Origin: an uncultured Clostridia bacterium
GTDB lineage: Bacteria; Bacillota; Clostridia; Christensenellales; UBA1242
Assembly (NCBI GenBank): GCA_944372325.1
Contig: CALVYR010000004.1
Span: 1 to 50,594 of the forward strand
Direction of reading: 5' to 3'
DNA length: 50,594 bases
This document shows, piece after piece, positions 38,489 to 48,866 of this stretch. Made by a program: the position numbers and the translations under genes. Below the pieces are notes generated by a model. That model was given only the letters and a program-made list of their open reading frames with translations, did no database searches and was not told where the DNA came from. Numbering within the stretch: position 1 is the stretch's first letter; every line of letters starts with the position of its first letter.

Positions 38489-39997
38489 TTGGAAAAAATA
38501 GGTTTAGTTTATATAAACGGAAATGTGCATAGGTTAGTGCTACTAGAAGTAAGTGGCACATATTTTAATGTCTTTGAAGATATAACTGAAAACATTAAAT
38601 TAAACGATGATATTGCTGTAAGCGGGCTTATTAGAGCTATTAAAGCAAAGGAAAGTTTAAATGTTTTAAAAATGTTTAGAAAGATATGTGATAACTATGA
38701 AATAACAAAAATAACATCGGTATCTTCTAATTTTATTTTAAAATCTAAGAACCAAAAGAGCTTTTTGGAAGAAATTTATAACAATACGGGCTTCAACTTT
38801 GTAATTATGCAACCTGAAGATGAAGCTAAGATGATATATTCTGGAGTAATAAATTCTGTAGATGTGCCAAAAGGTTTAATTATAAATCTTGCACCTGAAG
38901 AAACAAATTTAATTTTATACAACAGAAGAAATATTATCTATTCTAAAATTTTACCATTTGGAACTCAAAATCTTGCTGAAAAGGTTGGTGTAGAGCCTTC
39001 AGCTAAAGATGCTGTTAGTAAGATGATAGACTATGTTAAAAAGGAAGTTGACAAAATAGATTTAGCTAGTCATTTAGATCCTGAAACTTCATTTGTTGGG
39101 GCAGGTCCAATTTTCTCTACAGTTGGAAAACTTGCGAGAAAAAGCACACACTATTCATTAGATATTGAAAATAATTATATTTTGGAAAATCCTATATTTG
39201 AAAAAGTTTTTGATGTTGTAAAAGATTTGGGCTTAGATAAAACAAAGAAGTTAAAGGGAATTTCTGAGGATAGTGTAGACACACTTCTTAGTGGACTATG
39301 TATAGCTAAGGCCCTTAATGAAGCTTTAAATATAGAGCGTTTGTCTATTTCTGGTGATACTTTGCGTGAGGGGCTAATTTATAGTTATATTGCAGTGGAA
39401 GCAAATGACAAGCCTTTTAGTGATATGTTAGGATATAGCCTTGAAAACATTAGAGCCTTTAAAGATAATAAATATTCTAATACTTCACATGTATACAATT
39501 TAGCTGTGATTTTATTTAAGCAATTAAAGGTTATCCATAAGCTTTCAAGAGCATATGTTAAAGCCCTTAGAATTGCAGCCTCAATGTATGATTGTGGAAA
39601 AAGAATTAGCTTTGATAATCACGAAAAATATAGCTTTAATGTAATATTAAATTCTTCTTTAAATGGTGTATCACATAAAGATGTTTTACTTGCAGCATTT
39701 ACATGTATGTGCCAAAATCCAGATAATCTTAATTTGTCAGATTGGGTTAAATACAAGGATATACTAAATGATGAAGACATGGAAGCCGTTAAAAAGATGG
39801 GGGTTATAATTAAACTTGCAGATCAACTAGATAAATCTAAGAGGGGAAATGTTGTAGATGTTTATTGTGACATTTTAGGTGATTCTGTAATATTAAAAAC
39901 TGTTGTAAAGGGAAATGCTGATTTTGAGATTATGGAAGGTATGAAGCTTGGTTCTACCTTCAAAAAAGTTTTCAAAAAATACTTAGAAATTATATAG
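38489..39997 (+). CDS. Ppx/GppA-like protein with an HD-like C-terminal domain, degenerate motifs
   Basis: Ppx architecture (EDEAK, LPFG, LREG, H..SF.VILNS); likely TTG start at 38489 after AAGGTG. Confidence 0.75.
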   Translation: MEKIGLVYINGNVHRLVLLEVSGTYFNVFEDITENIKLNDDIAVSGLIRAIKAKESLNVLKMFRKICDNYEITKITSVSSNFILKSKNQKSFLEEIYNNTGFNFVIMQPEDEAKMIYSGVINSVDVPKGLIINLAPEETNLILYNRRNIIYSKILPFGTQNLAEKVGVEPSAKDAVSKMIDYVKKEVDKIDLASHLDPETSFVGAGPIFSTVGKLARKSTHYSLDIENNYILENPIFEKVFDVVKDLGLDKTKKLKGISEDSVDTLLSGLCIAKALNEALNIERLSISGDTLREGLIYSYIAVEANDKPFSDMLGYSLENIRAFKDNKYSNTSHVYNLAVILFKQLKVIHKLSRAYVKALRIAASMYDCGKRISFDNHEKYSFNVILNSSLNGVSHKDVLLAAFTCMCQNPDNLNLSDWVKYKDILNDEDMEAVKKMGVIIKLADQLDKSKRGNVVDVYCDILGDSVILKTVVKGNADFEIMEGMKLGSTFKKVFKKYLEII

Positions 39998-40005
39998 GAG
40001 GTTTT

Positions 40006-41100
40006 ATGAAGAAAAAACTATTATTTTTAAGTTTTGCTTTTCTATTTTGTTTGTTTACTTTAACAGGTTGTTCTCTCTCATTTGATTTAGGTGGAGGAAA
40101 AACTATAACTAACACCGAACCTTTAACTATAGAAGCTGGCGCAACAGCAACGGAGATTGCAGAAGAATATTTAGATGCTGTTGTTACAGTTATGGTTGAA
40201 GATAGGTCGGGAAATTCAATATCTTTTGGTAGTGGTGTAGCAGTTTATGCTGGTGGATATATTGCTACAAACTATCATGTAATAAATACTGCTGTAAATA
40301 GCAATATATTTGAATTACAAGTATATTTAAATACTGAAACTACAGGATATGATGCAGAAATTCTTTGGTATAATCAAAGTTTAGATTTGGCAATTATAAG
40401 GTGCGACTATTACAATATTCCATTTGTAAAAATGGCTGATAGGTGGATAGAAGGTTCTAAACATTTAAGAATATTAGAACAGGTTATAACTATAGGTACA
40501 CCTATAGATTTTGGCTTGCAAAACACTGCTTCAATAGGTTATATTAGCAGTGCAGAATATAGATATGCAACAAGTGATACTAATTTGTATGAAGATTTAA
40601 TTCAACACTCAGCTGCAATTAGTAATGGAAACAGTGGTGGTCCATTATTTGATATGAATGGAAATCTAATAGGTCTTAACACGCTTGGAGCTTCAGATTC
40701 TACTTCTAATGGTCAAACTGTAAGTGCAAACGATATTTACTTTGCTGTACCTATTTATCCTATTATGGAAATAATAGAAGAAGTTGCAAACGGAACTTTT
40801 GAAATGCCAAAACTTGGAATTACTGGCTTTGATAAGTATGAAGCATCTTACAGTAATTATGGAACCTTTGAAGAAGATGGCTTTAAAGTTTCTAGCGTTG
40901 AAACAAATTCAAGTTCTTATAATAAACTTTCTGAAGGTGATATTATTAAGAAAATTACTTGTGTAGATGGTAAAGTATTTGAGATTGAAGAAAGGAATGA
41001 TCTAATCTATGCGCTTCTTCATTCTGAACCAGGAGATAATATTACTATAGAATATAAAAGAGGTAATTCTACTTCTAATGTAACAATAACTTTAAGTTAA
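40006..41100 (+). CDS. HtrA-like S1C serine protease lipoprotein
   Basis: Lipobox LTG-C; TNYHV, DLAII, GNSGG catalytic triad; PDZ-like C-terminus. Confidence 0.88.
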   Translation: MKKKLLFLSFAFLFCLFTLTGCSLSFDLGGGKTITNTEPLTIEAGATATEIAEEYLDAVVTVMVEDRSGNSISFGSGVAVYAGGYIATNYHVINTAVNSNIFELQVYLNTETTGYDAEILWYNQSLDLAIIRCDYYNIPFVKMADRWIEGSKHLRILEQVITIGTPIDFGLQNTASIGYISSAEYRYATSDTNLYEDLIQHSAAISNGNSGGPLFDMNGNLIGLNTLGASDSTSNGQTVSANDIYFAVPIYPIMEIIEEVANGTFEMPKLGITGFDKYEASYSNYGTFEEDGFKVSSVETNSSSYNKLSEGDIIKKITCVDGKVFEIEERNDLIYALLHSEPGDNITIEYKRGNSTSNVTITLS

Positions 41101-41109
41101 GGAGAACAA

Positions 41110-42117
41110 ATGAAAACTGTTTTAGCAATTGATATGGGCAATTCCTATATTTCAATTTATAAAAAGAACTGTGGCATTGTTTTAAAAGAGCCTAATTTAA
41201 TTGCTGTAAGCGGTTCAAATTCAAATTATAAAATAATAGCCTTTGGAAATGAGGCAAAAAAACTTCAAGGTAAAACAGCAGAAAATGTTGTAATATTCAC
41301 TCCAATCTCTGAAGGAGAAATTAAAAGTAGAGAATATTTAAGTGCTCTTTTAAAACATTTTCTAGAAAAACTTTCAATTAATAAATTTTCAAAAATAAAA
41401 GCGTTAGTTACAATCCCTTGCGGAATATCCAGCCAGGCAAAAGATGTTTATAGAAAAACTTGTTTTATGGCAGGTATAGATGAAGTTCGTTTAGTGCCTT
41501 CTATAGTGGCAGGTGCAATAGGCTCTGGGAAAAATATAAAAGGTGATGCAGTAACCTTTATTGCTTCATTTGGCGGTGGAGTAACGGAAGTTGCTGTATT
41601 AAATTTAAATTCCATAGTTAAAGGCGGAACTTTAGCTTGTGGTGGGCGTGCTTTAGATGTTGGAATAGCTACAGTTTTAGCAGAAAAAGAGCAGGTATTA
41701 GTTGGAGTGGCTTCTGCAAATAAAATCAAGGAAGAGGTTGGAAGTTTGTATGAAAACGATACTTTGAATATAGAAGTATCAGGTGTTAATGTCGCAAGTA
41801 AATCGCCACAAAATATAATTGTATTTTCAAAAGATATTAGAGGTAAGATTGCAGAGTATGTAGATGAAGTGTTGAAATTAATTGAAACTACATTAAATTT
41901 ATGTCCTCCTGAAATCTCTGCTGATATATCTCAAGATGGGCTTTTATTAGTTGGTGGCGGAGCTAAACTTGTGGGGTTGACGGAATATATATCAAAGGCT
42001 ATTAAAATGCCTTGTACGCTTTCTGAATATTGTGAAAATGCAACTATTTTGGGTGCTGGTAAACTTCTTTCTGACGAGCAAGAATTAAAAAATATATTAG
42101 AAAATGTCGGAGGTTAA
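41110..42117 (+). CDS. divergent MreB/Mbl-like actin homologue
   Basis: AIDMGN, GIVL.EP, FGGGVTE, CPPEISADI, VGGGA. Confidence 0.8.
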   Translation: MKTVLAIDMGNSYISIYKKNCGIVLKEPNLIAVSGSNSNYKIIAFGNEAKKLQGKTAENVVIFTPISEGEIKSREYLSALLKHFLEKLSINKFSKIKALVTIPCGISSQAKDVYRKTCFMAGIDEVRLVPSIVAGAIGSGKNIKGDAVTFIASFGGGVTEVAVLNLNSIVKGGTLACGGRALDVGIATVLAEKEQVLVGVASANKIKEEVGSLYENDTLNIEVSGVNVASKSPQNIIVFSKDIRGKIAEYVDEVLKLIETTLNLCPPEISADISQDGLLLVGGGAKLVGLTEYISKAIKMPCTLSEYCENATILGAGKLLSDEQELKNILENVGG

Positions 42118-44320
42118 GTTGTTTGCTGAAGTTATTGTAGATATTTTAAATTCAGAAACAGATAAGGTTTTTGATTATATCATACCAGATAATTTAAATA
42201 TTAAAGAAGGCACAAGAGTTCTTGTGCCTTTTGGTAATAGAAAAATTGAAGGTTATGTTATAAAAATAAAAAATAGTTCTAGCTTAACCTCTGACAAATT
42301 AAAAGAAATAATAAGACCAATAGATAACTTTGTTGCTATACTTCCGGAAATGCTAAAACTCAAAGATTTCATGATAAGGAGGTATAATCTTAGAGCGAGT
42401 GATGTTTTAAGGCTTTTTATACCTGCAGAAATGAGAACAGGAAAAGTAAAACCAATTATTAGGACTTTTTGTAAATTAAATAAAGATTTCGATATAGAAA
42501 GTTTTGCTTTGACGCTAAAGAAAAATGCGATAAAACAAATGGAATTAATTTTGTTTTTGCGTGAAAATGAAGTTTCAGATATAGCACTTTTAAATAAGGA
42601 GTTCGGACCTCAAGCTGTAAAAAAATTTATTAATTTAGGTATACTACAATCCTATCAAGAGGAAGTGGATAGAAAACCTGAAATAAAACTTGAGGAAAAG
42701 GAGAAATTTGTTCATACTCCAGAGCAACAGAGGGCTATAAATAGTATAAATTTACAGGAAAATAACACATATCTTTTACATGGTGTTACCGGAAGTGGTA
42801 AAACAGAAGTTTACATGACTTTGATAGAAAAGGTTTTGTCTGAGGGTAAAACTGCCATTATGTTGGTTCCAGAAATATCTTTGACGCCTCAGATTATGTA
42901 TAATTTTAAAAACAGATTTGGTGAAAATGTAGCTCTTTTGCATAGTGGACTATCCGCAGGTGAGCGCTATGATGAGTGGAGAAGGTTAAGAAATGGTAAG
43001 GCAAAAGTTGCAGTTGGGGCAAGGTCAGCTATATTTGCTCCTCTTGAAAATGTAGGTATAATTATAATAGATGAGGAACATGATTCTTCTTATAGTAGTG
43101 AGTCTAATCCCAGATACAAAACTTCTGAAGTGGCCGATTTTAGAGCTAAATATAATAAATGTCCGTTACTTCTTGGCAGTGCAACGCCAAGCATAGGTTC
43201 TTATTATAATACGCAAATTGGATTATATAAACTTTTGGAGCTTCCAACTAGGGCGAATGGAAAAGAAATGCCTAAAATACAAATTGTAGATATGTTAAGT
43301 GAAATAAGAAATGGGAATATGGGCATTTTTTCAAATATATTAAAGGGCGAACTCATAAATTGCATGCAAGAAAAAAAACAAGCAATGTTGTTTCTAAATA
43401 GGCGAGGATACACCTCATTTATGATGTGTAGAAATTGTGGCTATGTTGCTAAGTGTACAGATTGTGATGTTTCCTTAGTATACCATAAATATGAAGAGAA
43501 GTTAAAATGTCATTATTGTGGAAAAAGATTTAAGGCACTTACAAAATGTCCTGAATGTGGAAGCTCAGAGATCAAACAGGGCGCAATTGGAACACAGAGA
43601 GTTGTAGATGAATTAAAATCAATTTTTCCTGGTGTAAAAATTTTACGCATGGATAACGATACAACAAAAACTAAAAATTCGCATCAAAAAATTCTTGAGG
43701 AGTTTTCTCATTCACATCCAGCAATATTGGTAGGAACTCAGATGATTGCAAAAGGTCACGATTTTCCAGATGTAACCCTTGTTGGAATAATTGATGCTGA
43801 TCAAAGTTTGTATCAATCTGATTATCGTAGCCCTGAACGAGCATTTGCGCTAATTACCCAAGTAAGTGGTAGGGCAGGTAGAAAAGATTTAGAGGGAAAG
43901 GTGATTTTGCAAACTTATAATCCTAGACATTATGTATATAAATTTGCTTCAAATTATAACTATAAAGCTTTTTATGATAAGGAAATAAATTTAAGAGAAA
44001 CAACAAAATTTCCTCCATTTACAACTATTGTCAGAATTCTTGTTAGTAGTGAAAAGGAAGAGATTGCTAGAAGTGTGATTCGAGAGGTTTACAATAAACT
44101 TGCTGATGTTTATAATGATTTTAAAGATGATTTTTATTACTTCAATGCTATGAAAGCACCAGTTGGTAAAATAAAAAACAAAATAAGATATCAAATATTA
44201 ATGAGGTTTACAAAATCTAAAGAAAGTGATATAATGACAAAGATATATGAGGTGACAGATGAAAACAAAGGCGCTAAGGTAAGCATTTTTGTTGAAATTG
44301 ACCCGCAGAACTTAAGTTAG
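42104..44320 (+). CDS. priA: primosomal protein N'
   Basis: GVTGSGKTEVY, DEEH, Cys-rich zinc motifs, GTQMIAKG. Confidence 0.97.
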   Translation: MSEVKLFAEVIVDILNSETDKVFDYIIPDNLNIKEGTRVLVPFGNRKIEGYVIKIKNSSSLTSDKLKEIIRPIDNFVAILPEMLKLKDFMIRRYNLRASDVLRLFIPAEMRTGKVKPIIRTFCKLNKDFDIESFALTLKKNAIKQMELILFLRENEVSDIALLNKEFGPQAVKKFINLGILQSYQEEVDRKPEIKLEEKEKFVHTPEQQRAINSINLQENNTYLLHGVTGSGKTEVYMTLIEKVLSEGKTAIMLVPEISLTPQIMYNFKNRFGENVALLHSGLSAGERYDEWRRLRNGKAKVAVGARSAIFAPLENVGIIIIDEEHDSSYSSESNPRYKTSEVADFRAKYNKCPLLLGSATPSIGSYYNTQIGLYKLLELPTRANGKEMPKIQIVDMLSEIRNGNMGIFSNILKGELINCMQEKKQAMLFLNRRGYTSFMMCRNCGYVAKCTDCDVSLVYHKYEEKLKCHYCGKRFKALTKCPECGSSEIKQGAIGTQRVVDELKSIFPGVKILRMDNDTTKTKNSHQKILEEFSHSHPAILVGTQMIAKGHDFPDVTLVGIIDADQSLYQSDYRSPERAFALITQVSGRAGRKDLEGKVILQTYNPRHYVYKFASNYNYKAFYDKEINLRETTKFPPFTTIVRILVSSEKEEIARSVIREVYNKLADVYNDFKDDFYYFNAMKAPVGKIKNKIRYQILMRFTKSKESDIMTKIYEVTDENKGAKVSIFVEIDPQNLS

Positions 44321-44329
44321 GAGAAAAAA

Positions 44330-44785
44330 ATGGCAACTAGAAAAATTTTAAAAATTGGTGATGAAACTTTGCGTAAAATTTCTAAGCCTGTAACAAAATT
44401 TGATGAAGGGCTTTGGGAGCTTTTAGATGATATGCGTGAAACTATGTACAAAAACGATGGGGCAGGCCTTGCTGCTCCTCAAGTGGGTGTTTTAAAGCGT
44501 GCAGTTGTGATGGATATAAATAATATGTATATAGAGCTAATAAACCCAGAAATAATAGAACAAAGTGGAGAAGATATTGCCAAAGAAGGTTGTTTAAGTG
44601 TTGGTGGAATACAAGAGTATGTTAAAAGGCCTAAAAAAGTCACAGTTAAAGCGCAGGATAGATACGGCTATGAATTTACGCTCACTGGAGAAAAATATTT
44701 GGCAAGATGTATTTGTCATGAAACTGACCATTTAAATGGAATATTATTTGTTGATAAAGTAGAAAAAGGATATAAAGAAGAGTGA
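44330..44785 (+). CDS. def: peptide deformylase
   Basis: GAGLAAPQ, EGCLS, HETDH. Confidence 0.97.
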   Translation: MATRKILKIGDETLRKISKPVTKFDEGLWELLDDMRETMYKNDGAGLAAPQVGVLKRAVVMDINNMYIELINPEIIEQSGEDIAKEGCLSVGGIQEYVKRPKKVTVKAQDRYGYEFTLTGEKYLARCICHETDHLNGILFVDKVEKGYKEE

Positions 44786-45687
44786 AAATAGTTTTTTTAG
44801 GTACATCAAATTTTTCAGTAGCTTGTTTGGAAGCTTTGCTAAAATCTAAGCATGAGGTTTTAGCTGTTGTCTGTCAACCAGATAAGCCAAGCGGAAGAGG
44901 AAATAAACTCACTTCGCCACCAATTAAAACTTTTGCTTCTGAGCATAACATTAAAGTGCTACAATTTAATAAAATAAGGCTAGATGGAGTAGTGCCTTTA
45001 AAGGCTTTAAAACCAGATGCTTTAGTAGTGGCGGCCTATGGACAAATACTTAGCCAGGAGATATTAGATATAGCTTTGCCAATAAATGTTCATGGCTCGT
45101 TGCTACCAAAATATAGAGGGGCTTCACCAATACAAACGGCATTAATTAATGGTGACACAGAAACTGGTATTACAATTATGAAAATGGTCTATGAGGTTGA
45201 TGCTGGAGATATTCTTCTGCAAGAGAAACTAAATATTCTTCCTGATGATAATGCTGAAACACTTTTTGAGAAGATGGGTAAATTAGGTGGAAAACTTATT
45301 GTTGAAGCACTTGATAAGATTGAACTCGGTGAGGCTAAATTTATTCCACAGGATAACTCTAAAGCTACATTTACTAAAATGCTTACTAAAGAAAGCGCGA
45401 AAATAGATTTTAATGATACTGCAAAAAACATTGTAAATAAGGTTAGGGGATATTATAAAAACCCAACTGCTTACTTTGTTCATAATAATGAAAAGTTTAA
45501 AGTCTTTAAAGCGGAGGAAAGGAAAAATCTTACTAAACTTTTAAATGGACATATAATATCTGCAAATTCAAAAGATGGGCTTGTTATAAAGTGTCAGGAC
45601 GGGGCAGTTGAAATTTTAGAGCTTCAGGCGCCAAATTCAAAAAAAATGACTGCAAAAGCTTATCTAAATGGTAAAAAATTTGAATAA
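44782..45687 (+). CDS. fmt: methionyl-tRNA formyltransferase
   Basis: QPDKP.GRG, AAYGQIL, HGSLLPKYRGASP. Confidence 0.96.
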   Translation: MKIVFLGTSNFSVACLEALLKSKHEVLAVVCQPDKPSGRGNKLTSPPIKTFASEHNIKVLQFNKIRLDGVVPLKALKPDALVVAAYGQILSQEILDIALPINVHGSLLPKYRGASPIQTALINGDTETGITIMKMVYEVDAGDILLQEKLNILPDDNAETLFEKMGKLGGKLIVEALDKIELGEAKFIPQDNSKATFTKMLTKESAKIDFNDTAKNIVNKVRGYYKNPTAYFVHNNEKFKVFKAEERKNLTKLLNGHIISANSKDGLVIKCQDGAVEILELQAPNSKKMTAKAYLNGKKFE

Positions 45688-45734
45688 TACACAAAATATA
45701 GTATTATGCAAATGCATAATACACAATATGGCTT

Positions 45735-46595
45735 ATGAAAGAGGGATTGGTAATAAAAAAACTTGCGAATAAGTTTTGGGTAAAATCGGATGATTTTACT
45801 TATGTTTGCTCGCCCAAAGGAACTTTAAAAGCTAATGGCATATTTGTTGGTGACAGGGTTTTAATTGATGAAAAACTAAGTCATTTAATAAAGGTTTTAG
45901 ATAGAACCTCACTTTTAATTCGTCCACCAGTAGCAAACATAGAGCAAATTATAATAGTTATATCTCCTCTTCCAAAACCAGATTTTACTATTGTAGATAA
46001 ATTAATTCTGTTTTGTTTTGCTTATGGTATTAAGCCAATACTCTGCATAAATAAGTTAGATTTGGCAGACAAAAAATTTTTAGAATATATTCAATTTGCA
46101 TATAAAGATGTTTTAAATATTATAAAGGTGTGTGCAAAAACAGGTGATGTAAGAGAACTAAAAGCTGTGTTAAAAAATAAAATTTCTGCTTTTGCTGGTC
46201 AATCTGCAGTAGGGAAATCTGCACTTACTAAAATAATCTTACCTAATGCTGAAGTTGAAATTGGTGAACTTTCAAAAATAGAGAGAGGGAAACATACTAC
46301 TAGACACACTGAATTATTTGAGTTAGATAAAAATTCTTATTTAGCAGATACTTCAGGCTTTACTTCGCTTGATGAAAGGCTTTTGCCAATAAGTTACTTT
46401 GAATTGCCTGCTTATTATCCAGATTATCTAGCTTATCTTGAGGGCTGTAAATATCGTTCTTGCACACATACTAATGAAAATAAATGTGCTGTCAAAGATG
46501 CAGTTGAAGCCAAACTATTAGATAAAGGTAGATATGATAGATATAAAACAATTTTTGAAGTTTTAAAAAAGGAGTGGCAAAAAAATCATGGTTAA
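45735..46595 (+). CDS. rsgA: ribosome small subunit-dependent GTPase
   Basis: NKLD, GQSAVGKS, GKHTTR, C-terminal CKYRSCTH..E..C. Confidence 0.95.
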   Translation: MKEGLVIKKLANKFWVKSDDFTYVCSPKGTLKANGIFVGDRVLIDEKLSHLIKVLDRTSLLIRPPVANIEQIIIVISPLPKPDFTIVDKLILFCFAYGIKPILCINKLDLADKKFLEYIQFAYKDVLNIIKVCAKTGDVRELKAVLKNKISAFAGQSAVGKSALTKIILPNAEVEIGELSKIERGKHTTRHTELFELDKNSYLADTSGFTSLDERLLPISYFELPAYYPDYLAYLEGCKYRSCTHTNENKCAVKDAVEAKLLDKGRYDRYKTIFEVLKKEWQKNHG

Positions 46596-47232
46596 AATTG
46601 CACCATCAACAGACCCTGCAAAAAGTTTGGAAGATCTTATTGATTACATCAAGCAAATCGAGCATCTTGCTCATTTTCTTCATGTTGACATAATGAACTC
46701 AAACTTTGTTCAAAAAACTAATTATGACCACACCTTTGTAAAATATATAAATGATAACACTGCGCTTATGCTTGATGTTCACTTAATGGTTGAAAGTCCT
46801 GAAGTAGTCAAGTATATTGAAGCTGGAGCTAATATAGTAACTGTGCACTATGAAGCTTTTAAAAGTAATAGAGAACTAATAAAAACCTTAAAGCTTATTA
46901 GAAAAAACAAAACGCTTGTAGGTTTAAGCGTAAAGCCAAACACAAATTTATCCGATATTTTTCCATATTTAGAGCTTTGCGATATTATTCTTGTTATGAG
47001 TGTTGAGCCTGGAAGTAGTGGCCAAAAATTTTTGGAACAAACTTATGATAGAGTTAAAACTTTAAAAGCTGAAATAGGAAATAGAAATATTCAAATTGAA
47101 GTTGATGGTGGCATAACTCCAGAAATTGCATCTAACCTCTCAAAATGTGGTGCAGATATATTGGTTAGCGGTAGCTATGTTTATTCAAGCGATAACAAAG
47201 CAGAAGCAATAGAAGCTTTAATTAAATCTTAA
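46588..47232 (+). CDS. rpe: ribulose-phosphate 3-epimerase
   Basis: HVDIM, DVHLMV, MSVEPG..GQ, EVDGG. Confidence 0.9.
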   Translation: MVKIAPSTDPAKSLEDLIDYIKQIEHLAHFLHVDIMNSNFVQKTNYDHTFVKYINDNTALMLDVHLMVESPEVVKYIEAGANIVTVHYEAFKSNRELIKTLKLIRKNKTLVGLSVKPNTNLSDIFPYLELCDIILVMSVEPGSSGQKFLEQTYDRVKTLKAEIGNRNIQIEVDGGITPEIASNLSKCGADILVSGSYVYSSDNKAEAIEALIKS

Positions 47233-47282
47233 TAGTTTTATATTTTATGTTTACTTTTAAAAGAATTGTAAAAACTAAAAGC

Positions 47283-47777
47283 ATGATTAGAAAATTGCTT
47301 TTAGTTTTTTTATTTATTTGTTTATGTTTTATGTCTGCTTGTAGTGAAGTTATTCCTACAAGTGTATATTTTAAAAATTTAACCTCTGCAGGTTCAACCA
47401 ACTATACCTTTTCTGTTATTCACTTGCAAGATAAAACTATGCAAAACTTTTATACTGATATTTTTATAAAGACGGATAAAAACGATGTCACATTTTTTAT
47501 TAAGCTAGAGGGAAAGGATAGTGAGGAACTTCATATCACTGAAAGCCATACTTGGCAATCTTTAACTCAGCTTTTTAATAACCAAACTGAAACGAAGGTA
47601 AGTTTTCAAAAATATAAAGATAGCCATTCTAAAACATTCATAATAACTTGCAACAAAAATGTTAATTTTGCAATTAAAGGTGTGATTGGTGATTTAAATG
47701 ATAGTGGGTCAGCTCTTATAAACTTACACGATTCTTCTAAAGAATTTAAATTAAGTGTGAAAAAATCTTTAAATTAA
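47283..47777 (+). CDS. hypothetical lipoprotein
   Basis: MIRKLLLVFLFICLCFMSA-C lipobox; start uncertain (47247 or 47283). Confidence 0.6.
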   Translation: MIRKLLLVFLFICLCFMSACSEVIPTSVYFKNLTSAGSTNYTFSVIHLQDKTMQNFYTDIFIKTDKNDVTFFIKLEGKDSEELHITESHTWQSLTQLFNNQTETKVSFQKYKDSHSKTFIITCNKNVNFAIKGVIGDLNDSGSALINLHDSSKEFKLSVKKSLN

Positions 47778-47823
47778 TTGATTTGATTTAATTTAAATGA
47801 TATACTCTAATTTAGAGGTAAAT

Positions 47824-48483
47824 ATGATTTTAGTTAAAAACTTGTATTTAAAATATATTCGTGAGTATTTTGCTCTTTATGATATAAATTTAAGCATTGA
47901 AGATGGCGAAAAGGTAGCCTTAGTGGGTGAGGAGCATAGCGGAAAAACTAGCTTATTAAGAATTCTCGCTAAACTTGAAAGGCCTTCAAAAGGTGAGGTT
48001 TATATTAAGGATATCCCTATTAAAAAACTTAATTTTAAATTTGATATAAGCGCAGGATATCTTCCAGCTAGTCCAGTTTTCTTTGAGAAAAAAACTGTAT
48101 ATGAAAATTTTAAATATATTTTAAAATATCAAAAATTAAACGAGGCAGATTTAGAGAATAAGATAAATGACGCTCTAATAAATTTTAATATAGAGGTTTT
48201 AAAAGATAAACAAGTTAAAGAGTTGACTCTTTATGAAAAATATCTAATTTCCATTGTTAGGCTTTCATTTAGAAGTTTGGATCTAGTTATGATAGATAAC
48301 ATTTTTGATGCACTAAATGATGAAGAAAAAGAAAAAATTGTTGCTTTAATTAAAGAACAATTTAGTGATAAAAAAATAACTTTAATTGTAGCAACTACAA
48401 GTGAAAAAATAGCTAAAGAGCTAGCAAATAGAAATATTTATTTCTCTAATGGTTCTATTGTCACTAAGGAAGAAAAGGCTTAA
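47824..48483 (+). CDS. degenerate ABC ATP-binding domain protein
   Basis: Walker A-like GEEHSGKTS; GAGG RBS before ATG at 47824. Confidence 0.75.
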   Translation: MILVKNLYLKYIREYFALYDINLSIEDGEKVALVGEEHSGKTSLLRILAKLERPSKGEVYIKDIPIKKLNFKFDISAGYLPASPVFFEKKTVYENFKYILKYQKLNEADLENKINDALINFNIEVLKDKQVKELTLYEKYLISIVRLSFRSLDLVMIDNIFDALNDEEKEKIVALIKEQFSDKKITLIVATTSEKIAKELANRNIYFSNGSIVTKEEKA

Positions 48484-48791
48484 TCTTCTAACTCTTTTTT
48501 AGCGTAATAATCTTTAACAAGAACATATTGGCAACTACTACTTTGAGTGGTTGCTTTTTTCTTGCTTTTTGTAGGCTTTTGCAAGCTAGTTAAAAGGCCT
48601 AATATTTGACTAAGTTGAGGGTTACTGTTTGAATAACTTTTTAAAAGTTCTAGCGGGTTAAAATTACCACTTAAAATTGGCAAAAGTTTTTCTATATTAA
48701 AGTTATTTGTTTGATTTGTAGTTTCATTGTAAAAAACATTATCGTTAGGATAATAGTTTGGCGGTGGAGAGTTTCCATTATTATTAAACAT
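48480..48791 (-). CDS. hypothetical Asn/Gln-rich small protein
   Basis: 103-aa ORF with a purine-rich RBS-like upstream; divergent from the next gene. Confidence 0.55.
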   Translation of the reverse strand: MFNNNGNSPPPNYYPNDNVFYNETTNQTNNFNIEKLLPILSGNFNPLELLKSYSNSNPQLSQILGLLTSLQKPTKSKKKATTQSSSCQYVLVKDYYAKKELED

Positions 48792-48866
48792 AAATTAAAC
48801 CCCTTTATATGTACATTAATTTATATGCTTGCATATAATAAATTAGTTCAAGAAAAGGAGATTAAA

